Positions 12,813-26,100 of a DNA stretch of 64,000 nt are shown one piece after another. The notes beneath the pieces are model-generated. The model had not been told where the DNA came from. It saw only the letters and a program-made list of their open reading frames with translations, and made no database searches. A program made the translations under genes and the position numbers. The DNA comes from Botryllus schlosseri (Eukaryota), in NCBI GenBank assembly GCA_051294905.1, contig CM119371.1:28088001-28152000 (forward strand). The letters are read 5' to 3'. Each line of letters begins with the position of its first letter. Within the stretch, counting starts at the first letter, position 1.

Positions 12813-15800
12813 GGGGAGATGTGGTACCGATGGATCAAAAATTGCAAAATGATCTCTGGCCTCGAATCTTCAGCCGAGAATAGTAGATCTTTTGCTGTCT
12901 CAACACTTCGATACAAGCTCTACCTATCGCGGACATTTGCATGAATATCCGCCTTATAAAAAAATATTTATGAATGTTTAACATTTGTTGCTTAAACGTG
13001 TCATCGGTCCCCACCCGGTGGGTCCAAAGGCACACGACCATGGGACCTATCAGACACACGCTCAAAAACTCAAATTTGTTAACTTGTTTTGTTGTGTACT
13101 ATAAGCCAGTGCTCTTCAATCTTTTTCGTCGTGGTATACCCTTTTAAGGTTTACTTGAAACTGGTACACCCCTGACCGGATAACTCATTGATTCCGTATA
13201 GTAAGCCTAGACCAGGGGTGTTCAACCTCCTTGTTATTCACGGCCGTGCTTCGATACCTTACATAGCATACTACCGCATTCCGGCGTAGAGTCGTAATGG
13301 CCCATCTGGACGTCATATAATCAGGACTCTAACTGTCTCACCCCAAACCCGTCGATTGGGGGGGGGGGCTAACTCGAAGGGGTCCCGAAATTATTTCTTG
13401 AATAAACATAAATTATCGAGTATATTTTTTTTTTAAATTTCAACTTCATTCAATTTTTTTTCTCCCTACGCTCGATTTAATGTCAAATTTCTTGATTATT
13501 GGGTAGTCTTCCCCAAGACAAAATATGCAAGATTAATAGCAATAGGCATTTCGGTGTCGGCCATTACCGTGCCACGACGCTCCAAGACATGTGAAGTTTT
13601 AGGCCACAAAATGCGATCCTAGAAGTGTGCCAGAATGATCGGCAGCGAGAAAACATTGGTCAAAAAGGACCGCCCTTGTGCTGGCTGAAAACCCCGAGGG
13701 GACCAAGAGGGCCACCCGAATTAGTTTGATTTACGCGCCCTACATTTTCCAAAACATTTCCTTTAGATTGTAAATCTTAAAGTAAATCTGATTACCTGGG
13801 CAGAGAGAGAGAAAAACAAAATTTATAACAATATGTTTGCAATTTCTGATATTATTGACGGATTCAATTACGAATTATAAAAAATTTTACGCCTCGCGCG
13901 ATCTTACGCTATAAACTAGCCCACTAACGTGTATAACAAATTTCGCAGACAAAGTAGCGATTAAAACGTAGACAGTGATGAGGGGTCTACTGTTTGGTTT
14001 ATGACGCTATGGGGATCCAAAACCAACGTTTTTTTAGGGGGGGCTGACGAAGTGCTGTTTCGACCCTTCATATACTCATGTTAAATTGGCTACTGGCAAC
14101 TTCATACCGCGTAGAGCGCTTGTGGTGATCTGCGCCGTCACTGATTTCTTGAGGTATACCTTGCGTATAGAAGTTTTTAATTGTAACAGTAGTCGCGCGG
14201 GCGCTAAAAACTTTGACATGTGGAAAATTTATTTCGTCTATAATATGGGTAGTTTCATATATTACTGTCAACTATTTATCCATTCTTGGCACACGTGAAT
14301 GATTAAGCGATGCAGCTGATAGAGGAGGTGTAGGCATACACGCATACGAATCCGTCTTGGTATTACTTTATGGGGAGCATCATTTTCCTTTACGGTTTGT
14401 ATTTGTTCGGTGGGACTCAGATTACATTATATATAAAATACGAAAAATCCTGGTCCCCTGAATCGCGCAAGCGTGAATAAAATTTTCAAGTTTAAAATCT
14501 CTCAAAGATTTGAGAACCTTGTCGTTCATTCAAATTTCATATTAACAGACGCCAAAACACGCTCTAACTTAATTAATATGTTTTGCATAAACATTGTTTA
14601 ACGGCTGCATGCGACCGTATGTCTGCAGGTGCTGGCCTGTTGAAATAAGGATGAACAATGCTGCAGCGTATTTGAAATGCTAAATACTTTTCAGGGCTCG
14701 AGGATGCAGACCACCAGCTGGCACAGTGGTTCTCAAACTAGATCCCTCCGAGACACCCTGGCTACGCCCCTGTTATGATATACACTGCGCTATTTATAAG
14801 GAGCTCACAGAAAGTACAAATTCAATATTTCTGAACCGTCGCAGTGGTTTCCTTAAGCATCATTATAGACGGATATTGCAAGCGGAACACATGTCATCTC
14901 CATCCTTTTCTACTCCAAAAGGAATCAAAAAGTACATACCAACATTCAAATGATGTGCACAAACATATGCTTATGGTACACCAAAAGGAATATAGCTTAC
15001 AAGCTCGTACAGCTGATATGAGCATATTTTACGATAATGCACGCCCGATCAACATATTGATGTTCTGAAGCATACAATTGCCTGTTTATTGTGATAGCTA
15101 TATAGTCATCGGTCCATTTTAATTAGGATCTGGTACACCCCTGTACACCCCATGTGAGTGGTACACCCTTTTAAAATTTTGGTACACCCAGGGGTGTACG
15201 AAAACCCCGGTTGAAGAGCACTGCTATAAGCTAAGCTACAGCAAGCCAATGAATAATGTTTCGTCGTGACCTTCAAGAATGAAATAGATTATATCAACTC
15301 AAATGTTGGCCTAAAATCATGTTTTGATTTACGCCTACATTTACAAAATTAATGCCACATACATATTACCCGCAAATCGACATTTTGACTTTCAAATACC
15401 TCGTGATAGCGATAAAACACCACAAATAACTATGATTTACAGCCTATAGGCGAGTTTCTGAAGTGATTATAGTTGGTCCATCTATTTTGCTTGATTTGGC
15501 TGAGGTACCATAGGTCCCCCACCCCATAAATATTGTAATTGACTTGAAAATAGTCCACTCAAGGATGGTATTGATTCAGAAAATATGTGTCATTATATAC
15601 CCTGATATAAGCCCTATACTTCACATCAAAAATTATGGCGGGTTTGTTAGTCTGAAAGGTGATATAGAAAAATGCAAATGTCAATCCAAATTTACTTTAC
15701 ACCCACTAAAACGTAAATCATTCGTCACAGACCTCATAACTTACGCAGGTCCGATTTTTCTACATGTGAGGAAAGATTCTGTCAGCATGTAATTGTAGAC

Positions 15801-15887
15801 AAATTCCCGGAGTGTAATCATGGAATTATCATGGTGAATTTTTCAAGTATTTTAGCTCCCAGTGATTCATCGGTACCACATCTCCCC
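12813..15887. mobile_element. TA-flanked TIR element (probably Tc1/mariner-pogo group), enlarged by nested insertions
   Basis: TIR ggggagatgtggtaccgatg(g/a)atca with TA on both sides. Shorter sister copy at 22370-23189. Confidence 0.85.
13107..15223. mobile_element. hAT non-autonomous element nested in 12813-15887
   Basis: TIR cagtgctcttcaa; perfect TSD ctataagc; ggtacaccc subterminal repeats. Confidence 0.92.
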
Positions 15888-16803
15888 TATACATAGCCGC
15901 TATTCCATAATAACTTCAAGATGAGATGCTATAGAAAAGACTAGGCTGTACGGTATATGTTCGTTAAAAAATCTGTTTCCCTATTCTGGTGCTATTGCCA
16001 CATATGTTGCGACCATACCACAAAGGTATCACTGAAAACGTTCCCCGTTATAATTACAACCGCCAACGCCTATCTTTGTGGAATTTTGGAATTTCAATAC
16101 GTGACTACGTATTATAGAAATGCAGCTGCAGAATGAGCTTTGAAATAAAATAAATCCCCCCAATTTCTACATAAATATTATGATGTTATTATCAAGAAAA
16201 TTCATTTTGTTTGTGTGTATAACAGCCTGTACAGTTATATTTGCATAAGAAATATGATGGTTGCACGATAATAGGGCCAAATTTGAAAAAAAACGTGGGG
16301 GTCCGCGGGGATTCGTGTGGACCCTCACGTGGAACCAAAAAGGTTGAAAACCGCTGCATTAGATGATGGTTATACATGTATATTGTTACAGGTTGAAGTT
16401 TTTATGTCTCGTGAAAATTTGGGGCTCCGCGAAGGCTTACTGATCGGCGTAACTGTTCCGTTACTAACGTTTAACAACCACTGCAATACATCAATTGAAC
16501 TTGCTTATGAATCCTCTCAACTTCGAAGCAACGCCTCATTGAAGTACATCAAAAAACTACGTTTCACTTGATTACAGCAAGTATGCATAACTTGTTGAAG
16601 TAAATACAAACAAAACTACTTGAGCAAGTGAAACAAGTAAATGAAACCTGATTGAGTAATACGGAAAAGTAAAAGTATTTTGTCACCGATGACCACTATA
16701 AGCTTTTAGGGGTCGATGAAGATATTTGTTTTAGCTTGATAACTGAGAACGTCTTCAAATGGCTGGTTTAAGCATTATCTGAGTTTCCGATCACTACCGT
16801 AGT

Positions 16804-17336
16804 CAGGGTTGCATTTAAAACAAATTGTTGTTTAAAACACTTTGTTAAAAACACGTTTTAAACAGTGTTTTAAACAAAGGTATTTTTTTAATTGTGTTTT
16901 TAAGTTGCATAATTATGCCATATTTTTGTAAATAATTTGCAAAAAACATGTTGTATGAGCCTACGCACGACGATTACTACCAGATATAGCCGACGTATAC
17001 GATATGGGATCTTTAGAACCCTCGAAATAGTCGGTTCAACAACTATAGTATGCTACGTAGATATAGATCATTGGTACGGAAAGAATGTACTGATGATGAT
17101 GACCGCCGACCGTAAAAATGCTGCATAACGATGTAGTCCTGGTTAAGGGTATTTTTGGTCCGTACATGACAGGGGTTCGAAGCCTATTTCGTCAAAGGAG
17201 CTATACACTTACATTATATTTTAATTGTGAATATCAATCCACTATGACGTTACAATTGAATATGTGTGACGTCATGGCTTAGAAAAAACATGTTTTTAAC
17301 AAGGGCCAATTGATATTTGTTTTAAACACAACCCTG
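16804..17336. mobile_element. hAT-like MITE (family of 2946-4888, opposite orientation)
   Basis: cagggttgcatttaaaac ... tttaaacacaaccctg; body is the reverse complement of 2946-3270. Confidence 0.78.
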
Positions 17337-17467
17337 TGTAAGAGTAGTATACTGTATAGTAGATATCGCCGAATGGAGGTGCGGATTACGAAGTAAGGCT
17401 ATTGATAGCTAAATAGGAGATGCCTTGTCTGCCATGGACCTCCGACCTTGTGGTTCTATACCAATAC

Positions 17468-17925
17468 CGAGAAAACCATTACCGAGAACGGACATTACCG
17501 AGAACGCTATTACCGAGAATGGACATTACAGAGAATGGACACCACAGAGAATGGACATTACCGAGAATTGACACCACAGAGAATGGACAGAACCGAGAAT
17601 TGACACCACAGAGAATGGACATTACCGAGAATTGACACCACAGAGAATGGACATTACCGAGAATTGACACCACAGAGAATGGACATTACCGAGAATTGAC
17701 ACCTCAGAGAATGGACAGAACCGAGAATTGACACCACAGAGAATTGACATTACCGAGAATTGACACCACCGAGAATGGACATTACCGAGAATGGACACCA
17801 CAGAGAATGGACATTACCGAGAATTGACACAACAGAGAATGAACATTACCGAGAATGGACACCACCAGGAATGGACATTACCGAGAATATGGACATTACC
17901 GAGAATGGACAGTACCGAGAATTAC
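17468..17925 (+). repeat. 16-bp minisatellite (gagaatggacattacc / gagaattgacaccaca; 32-bp higher-order dimer)
   Basis: Direct inspection; identical copy at offset +2571. Confidence 0.95.
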
Positions 17926-19507
17926 CAATGTCGAGAATCTATCTTACTGAGACGGACGTTGTCGGGAAAATTATACCTGCGAATTGACACCGAATGTGGC
18001 AACGCCGTGATGCACATACACGCGATCTGTACCTACATATGCATGACATGCCTGAATGACTGCATGCATAAATTGTACACGTGAACTTATAGTCCTAAAG
18101 CATGTGATCATCAATCAATGGGGTTGGTTTTAAAGCGGTTTTACAATATCAGCTGATTGTCTACAACGTTTCCGATTCGTGTACCAACCGTGACATACGA
18201 ATTAGCCTACTCCGCTTCACTGATACGGAAATCTGTAGCATCCAGTTGTCATGCATATCTCAAAAGAGTATAATATGGTTGAAATCGAGAAGTCATCAAC
18301 TCTCACAGAGCTCGCAAAGTAACAAATATGTTGGCAAATCACGGTCTACATTTTTCATTTGCGGCATACTCATTTTCAGTAGACGGTTAGTCATTCTATA
18401 GATTGGTCAACATATATGTTTAGGCTGACGCGATAATTCATATGTTTAGGCTGACGCGATAATTCGGGAATAGAGTGTATCAAGTAGACAAGAATTAATA
18501 TTGGTAGCAGATAATTACTATGGAGAAAGTGCGTATATAATCAGTAGTGACTGTCACGAAAATCTAGCTGTGATTGGTTTTAAAGCAGCTGATAGTCTCG
18601 AACACTCCACATTGGTGTGGTGATGATACCAACTACGGCATAACATTGAATAATTTCGCTTAACTGGCGCACAAATCTGTAACAACCTGCTGTGATTCTA
18701 ATCTTAAAAGAGCATAATATGATTAAGAGCCACTAAAGAAACTATGGTTCGATAAGGAATTACGTCGCTTCACTGGCATGGATACCTCTAATAACCCATC
18801 AACCTGCTGTGATTCGTATCTCAATTCGTTTTATCTGCTTGAAAGCGAAAAGGCAAACTATGACATAATAGTTTTCTTCAAAGGAACGGATATCTGTGTT
18901 ACTAGCGGAACTCATCGAGCTGCTGTGATTGGTATGAAGCAAGAAGTCATCAATTCTTTCAAATCTCGAAAAGGGGATAAACAAGTATCTAGGCGGATCA
19001 TGGCCTACATTTTCGGTTGATGCAGCTTAGTCATTTTCAGTAAACGGTTGGCTTTAGGCTACTAGTAATGTCCTCTCAATAATGTTTACTTTGCTCGACT
19101 TAGAAAGCCTTATAAGGCTATTCTGCACCTTCCCCTTCCAGCAGCATATTGTTATTATTAATTGTTAATTGTTGAGAAGGAAACAATGCGACGTTTATCG
19201 CCTTATCGGTGGCAGAAAGTAGTACGAGACATTTTACAGTAAACGGGTTAGATTACCACATTTCTGTCCTGTCTCATATGCACAATGCCTATAATGCACG
19301 CATGTTATGCATATGCACATTGCACAAACACAAATCGTATGTGCATCACTCTCTAATTTTTCACGAGGCTGCGCGCACTCCCCAACTCACTGCGCGGTCC
19401 CTTGGACAACAGCGCGTAACAACTATAAATAACATTGATCCCAACGTCGTGATATTAGGTATTTTCTGGTTTAGATTTCACGACATTCTTCATATTCGGA
19501 AATATAT

Positions 19508-20022
19508 ATTCTCGGTAATGGCCATTCTCGGTGGTGTCCATTCTCTGTAATGTACATTCTCTGTAATGTCAATATTCTCGGTAATGTCCATTCCCGGTAT
19601 TGTCAATATTCTCGGTAATGTCCATTCTCTGTGGCGTCAATTCTCGGTAATGTCCATTCTCTGTGGTGTCCATTCTCGGTAATGTCCATTCTCTGTGGTG
19701 TCAATTCTCGGTAATGTCCATTCTCTGTGGTGTCAATTCTCGGTAATGTCCATTCTCTGTGGTGTCCATTCTCGGTAATGTCCATTCTCTGTGGTGTCAA
19801 TTCTCGGTAATGTCCATTCTCTGTGGTGTCCGTTCTCGGTAATGTCCATTCTCTGTGGTGTCAATTCTCGGTAGCGTCCATTCTCTGTGGTGTCCATTCT
19901 CGGTAATGTCCATTCTCTGTGGTGTCCATTCTCGGCAATGTCCATTCTCTGTGGTGTCAATTCTCGGTAGCGTCCATTCTCTGTGGTGTCCATTCTCGGT
20001 AATGTCTATTCTCGGTGGTGTC
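19508..20022 (-). repeat. Same 16-bp minisatellite, inverted (right arm)
   Basis: ggtaatgtccattctc / tgtggtgtcaattctc repeats. Confidence 0.95.
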
Positions 20023-22050
20023 GGTTCTATACCAATACCGAGAAAACCATTACCGAGAACGGACATTACCGAGAACGCTATTACCGAGAATGGACATTAC
20101 AGAGAATGGACACCACAGAGAATGGACATTACCGAGAATTGACACCACAGAGAATGGACAGAACCGAGAATTGACACCACAGAGAATGGACATTACCGAG
20201 AATTGACACCACAGAGAATGGACATTACCGAGAATTGACACCACAGAGAATGGACATTACCGAGAATTGACACCTCAGAGAATGGACAGAACCGAGAATT
20301 GACACCACAGAGAATTGACATTACCGAGAATTGACACCACCGAGAATGGACATTACCGAGAATGGACACCACAGAGAATGGACATTACCGAGAATTGACA
20401 CAACAGAGAATGAACATTACCGAGAATGGACACCACCAGGAATGGACATTACCGAGAATATGGACATTACCGAGAATGGACAGTACCGAGAATTACCAAT
20501 GTCGAGAATCTATCTTACTGAGACGGACGTTGTAAAACCGCTTTAAAACCAACCCCATTGATTGATGATCACATGCTTTAGGACTATAAGTTCACGTGTA
20601 CAATTTATGCATGCAGTCATTCAGGCATGTCATGCATATGTAGGTACAGATCGCGTGTATGTGCATCACGGCGTTGCCACATTCGGTGTCAATTCGCAGG
20701 TATAATTTTCCCGACAACGTCCGTCTCAGTAAGATAGATTCTCGACATTGGTAATTCTCGGTACTGTCCATTCTCGGTAATGTCCATATTCTCGGTAATG
20801 TCCATTCCTGGTGGTGTCCATTCTCGGTAATGTTCATTCTCTGTTGTGTCAATTCTCGGTAATGTCCATTCTCTGTGGTGTCCATTCTCGGTAATGTCCA
20901 TTCTCGGTGGTGTCAATTCTCGGTAATGTCGGTATTGTCCGGACACCCGACCTTGTACACGAGTTCAGTAAGTCGTCATTTCACCCCTGGTTGGGAACCA
21001 GTGTATTGGACAGTAGGCTCATCCTATGGATACAATACCCTTTTTAAGTTTACATGGTGGACAAAACCGAATTCATATGCATATCAATTTGTTGTTGTGC
21101 ATAGGCAAAATGTTATATAATCGTCCCAGAGTATACTGATGAATAACATGCTTGCCTCATAGGTAGTGGCAGCAATGAGCCAATCGTTATCAAATTTGCC
21201 GTAACGATACGAATAACAATGAGCCATGGATGCGAGCAGCTTGCCAGCGCTGTCGAGTCGCAGGTGCAGTAGTGTGGTTTCGTCACTCATGAGTGATTTG
21301 ATGTCATTTCTCTCATTCTCATGGACATTACAGTCACATTGTGCGCTACTCGGCTACTGAATGATATCCGGAATCATTCATGTCTAGTTGAAATTTCTAA
21401 TTTGAGAGTGAGGAGTTGATTTTCAAATGCTAAGTCACTAGGAGTTACAATTACTGCCATTGCTATACTAGCAGCGTAAATCGATGTACATTGTACAATG
21501 TACCAGCTCCAGCACTACTTACAAAACCGTAAATATTGCAATATGTAGTTGAATATGTTCGATCGACAGATAGAGCCAGGAACACCTATTTATAATGTTT
21601 ATGTAGTAGGACTATGTTGCTTTCAAGTTCAAGTTCAAATTTATGCATAAAATCTCATCATTTCAAAACATGTTTAAAGACTGCGATACAATTAAAGATA
21701 GGGAGAAAGGTGCCGAAACGACTTGGAGTAGTCTTTGATATCAGACACACACCTGGGCTAGACGATGTAAATAGGAGGCATGCACACAGAATGAAAGTAA
21801 AAGAAGATAATATAAAATGATAAGCGACAAAATCAGGGGGCGTGTGAGGAAAGGCGATATCGAGATGTCAGGTCGTGGTCCGGTAAATGTTGACGGCTGC
21901 GTAGTATTCATTCAGAAGAAATTGTTTGTATTTCGACTTGAATGTGGACATGCCAGGCGACTGTCGGATAGCCGGCGAGATAACAATCACCGCTTCAGGT
22001 CCGGCATACTTGATAGACCGATGATCTTTCGCGTCGACCATATGATACTT

Positions 22051-22328
22051 TGCTTGTTTCTTTGTTTTAAGGTATTCATGGTGTTTGTCGACTACTATGG
22101 TCATTTACACCAGGCCGATATTCTTCTTATTTTCTGTAACTGTCGACTTATAGCACGGCCCACCTCTAGGCTTTTTGTAAGACACCGCTGACGCGGATGA
22201 GGTGGCGAGGAGGAGCCGAGGTAAACCTCCAACACTTAGGTATCGGAATTCGGAAGTCGACCTCGGTCGTACTCGACCCGCACCCATTGGTGTTGCAGCC
22301 GTGGATTATACCACTGCGCTATTTCGCC
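22051..22328 (-). mobile_element. tRNA-derived SINE
   Basis: 14-bp TSD accatatgatactt (22037-22050, 22329-22342); minus-strand A box tagcgcagtgg and B-box-like ggtcgagtac. Older copies at ~27255-28702 (split) and ~41340-41592. Confidence 0.82.
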
Positions 22329-22369
22329 ACCATATGATACTTGACCAACGACGACGCGCGTGTGTTGTA

Positions 22370-23189
22370 GGAGAGATGTGGTACCGATGGATCAAAAATT
22401 GCAAAATGATCTCTGGCCCTCAAATCTTCAGACGAGAATAGCACTCGGCACTTTGATACAAGCTTTACCTATTATGGACATTTACATGGATATCCCCCTT
22501 TTCAAAAAATATTATTGAACGTTTAAAATTTGTTGCTCGAACGTATATCATCGGTCCCACCGATGAAGAATGGTACTTCGCCACATTCAAGAATAAAATA
22601 GTTTATATCAACTCAAATGTTGGGATAAATCACGTTTTGATCTCCGCCGAAACTTACGAAATGCCTCATACATATTACCCGCAAATCGACATTTTGACTT
22701 TCAAATACCTCGTAATAATGATAAAACATCATAGGTAATTGTGATTTACATCCTCTATATCTGTAGGCGTGTTTCTGTTGTTGGGATTAGTTGGTCCAAC
22801 TTTGTCGTTTGATTTGGCTATGGTACAATATAGGCCCCCACCCCATAAATATTGTAATTGAATTGAAAATAGTCCAGTCAAGGATGATATTGATTCAAAA
22901 AATATGTGCCATTATAAACCCTGATACAAACCCTATACTGCACATCAAAAATTATTGCGGGTTTGTTAGTCTGGAAGGGGATATAGAAAAATGTAAATGT
23001 CGATCCAAATTTGTTTTACACCCCCTAAAACGTAAATCATCTGTCACAGGCCCTATAACTCATGCAGGTCGAATTTTTTTGCATGTGAGGAAAGATTCTG
23101 TCAGTATGCCATTGTAGACGAAGTCTCGTACTATAATCATGGGATTATCACAGAGAATCTTTCAAGTATTTTCGGTCCTGGTGTCTCAT
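22370..23189. mobile_element. Copy of the 12813-15887 family lacking its right TIR
   Basis: Aligns with 12813-13010 and 15270-15872; flanked by the direct repeat cgcgcgtgtgttgta. Confidence 0.85.
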
Positions 23190-26100
23190 CGCGCGTGTGT
23201 TGTACTTATGTACTTTTGATACAGAGGTACAGAAGTCATTGAAATTGTCGAGGCAGTGACCACAATGGTATAGATACATAAACTTGGTGATTTCTAGTTT
23301 CCGCGTATGTTTTATATTTAGGACACCGAATTTTTCGAGCAGTGATTTGTTGGACAGACACACATCCTAGTCATTTTGGGGCCTTGGCTATGATACGGAG
23401 GATATGATGTTGTAGTTTTTGCAGTGACTTCAGTGCGCTTACACTGGCAGCTCCCCTCCCCCAACAGATGATGTCATAATGTAACTTTGATTGGAATAAT
23501 GATCTAAAGAGTATCAGAAGTATACCCAGACGAGCATGTACTGTCTAAGGTTGAACAGCAGGCCACATAGTTCCGTGATAATATTTTCTTTTCTTGCTAT
23601 TGAATGTGACTCTTCCATGACATGTTCGAGTCTAGTAAGACCCCAAGGCATTTCGCATTTTCCGAGTCGGAAATAGGTTGACCTGCGGTTAGGTTATTTT
23701 TATTTTATTTTATGGTTAATAACTGGGATTTCGCGGAGTTGACTAAAATAATGTTGTGGGCTGTCTACTCATGCACTTTGTGTATTTAATCACTGGTCAC
23801 AGCACCCGACTTAGCCGTAGACGACAAGTAAGAGATATTAGAAGACATAACAAACGGAGTGATTTCCATGTCGTGCAAGTTGTATATAAATGATCGATCA
23901 AAGTCCTCGACTTACTAGCTATTCTAGTAGTAGCTTGGATATCATACGACAAAGACTAATTGATTTGACGGTATTTGAGTGTGTGCCTGTGCCGCCTCCT
24001 TCGTATTTTAGAAGATCTATATATTAATATCTCACACAATGAAAAAAATCTTTTTGCCACTGTTGACTTTGTCCATCGAGTGTGATAACGCTTTTGTGAA
24101 TTCTCACAACAACCACGTTTAATGATTTATAAATTCCAATTGACCGATCAATTTCCAGCCACAATTCCTCGCAACCTTTGACATTCACATTGTAGAGCGT
24201 ACAACTGTCTTATGGAATTTATTCTTCAATGTAAATTCCAACACGTCCGTACGATTTCGGCACCGGGGTACACTCAAAGTTGTAGCCCGATATATGAACG
24301 TTCCGAGTTGATTCATTCGAAAAGTTTATTTCTGATACTGCCACAACAGTAAGTAAGTTCAGTTTAGTAAAAAGTTCATTTAGTCGATCACGACAGGATG
24401 GCATCCCTTTGATATTCGTACCAAGGAAACTTATTTGCTTGTCTTTCAGGGCTCGTAGAAGTGATGCTGTTTTTGATATAGATTGAATTTCATTTAATAA
24501 TAAGCGGAAAGCAGTTGTTATTCATGATTCCGAGTTGACCCAGATCCCATGTCGGCGAGTTATGAGCTTAGTGTGCGGTAGCGTTTTTGTTTTCGGATTC
24601 ACGCACGTTGAGTTAATCCAATTACGACGTCCTATTCCGCTGGGAACCAAACACTTACAGCAACATCAGCAGCATGAATTGAAGCATTATCGTCAACCTT
24701 TATTAGTTACCAATATCAGGTGACGTCAGACCAGATTACTCTTAATAATTGTCCGAAGATTGGCGAGATTTATTGCAGTCGATGATAACCCCCGATACGG
24801 CAATTTCAGTATAAAATTAATAAGTCGTTGATTCCATATTTCCTGATGCTATTTCCATCCTGTCTTTTCATTATATCGCAGACTTGTGGTGTTTTGAAAC
24901 GATGAAATTTTATGAATAAACTGAACTGAACGTCATGAATAACGTAGCCAATAACATCTGGCAGCCGGCACATGGTGGTGTTACGGCTGGCTAGTGCTCG
25001 ATTAGACGATTACTGATCGATAGATGCCGTGTGGCTACTATAGTTTGTTATCGTAGGTCCCGAATAGCTCTTTATTCGAGCTATTCTGCCACACAACGCT
25101 ATAGCAAGGGCAAGTTTGATCAGATCCGCAAATGTGCACAGCGTTAGTGAAAGTTACAAGTAGCTTATTCATTATTTCATTAAAATTGAGATCTGATATC
25201 GTGGTGAACTAGCCGTCTAACTGACACAGACAGATGACTCTGTAATTCGCATCTCGGCATTTGGATAATGGTAACATAATTCGTAGGATGGAGCCAGCAT
25301 CATAGTTTGTTGAAGAAATTTTTGCAGCCAGTGAAAATTGTCTTTCTTTACGGATCTCAAATATGGTATCCCTGCGTAAAGTCTATTTGCTGACATACAG
25401 CAGCATCAGGCTACACGCTGCATAATGGTATGATCCGAACGTGATTACCCAACGACATAGTCAAAATGCATAAAGTCAATGGACCCGCTTGCAGGTGATA
25501 TCATCACAATCTCAGATAATCCAGCTATAGCCAACACAGCTGCTTTTAAGGTTAGTCGTATATTTAACTCTTTTTTATGACTTTCATGTTCCAGTTTTGT
25601 GTTATTTTATATTTAAACTACGATTGGCCTGCTTTTCAGACGGACGATATTGATTTTTCGTGCGTCAGCTGATTATTAATATCGACTGAAAATCAGTCTC
25701 GCTTCAACTGTTTTCCTTTTGCTCGTAATACTTCATAATCGCGTAAGTCTGACAGGAAGTGTCACTAAATGAAAGCGTATAGTACTTTGATTAAAAATTT
25801 ATAGAGTTATAGACCTCTCTATACATGATCTGATATTGTGAATTGTGATGTATGATAGATATACAGATTTGTATCTGGAAACCGTGCTGTATTGAACCAA
25901 CCTGGACATAACTCTGTTGTACTATTTTCTTAGATCGATTTTGTTTACTTTAACTATTAGCCTACTCACATGCTCCAACTCTGTCGATGCTTAATGCTTT
26001 CTAATAGAAATTGGTATTCAAGTATAGATACTCATCACTGCCAGCTGCCACGGGGAAAATTGCATAAAGTTACTACTCATAGTCGTTTCGATACCCTCCT

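Larger units (their letters stand above)
17452..20947. mobile_element. Foldback/Mutator-like element with satellite arms
   Basis: Termini ggttctataccaataccga / tcggtattgtccggacacc (GG...CC); 9-bp TSD cgaccttgt (17443-17451, 20948-20956); arms built from oppositely oriented 16-bp repeats. Confidence 0.85.
21620..24930 (-). mobile_element. Decayed CR1/L2-like LINE
   Basis: APE endonuclease motifs (VAVSEI..ISGYNF..GRVGIYI, 24219-24404); ORF2 C-terminal motifs (KFMYLY..VHKYNTR, 23148-23363; PAIRQS..TFKSKYKQFLL, ~21900-21990); (TTGAAC)n tail at ~21622. Interrupted by a SINE and a MITE. Confidence 0.85.

Noticed and set aside
17468..20930. CRISPR-like regular repeats
   Set aside because: Units are contiguous with no unique spacers, no cas genes are present, and the context is eukaryotic.
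17420..20946. Many ORFs with repeats such as RMDITENGHHREWTLP
   Set aside because: Artefact of a stop-poor 16-bp unit that cycles through all three frames. They occur on both strands with no unique coding flank.
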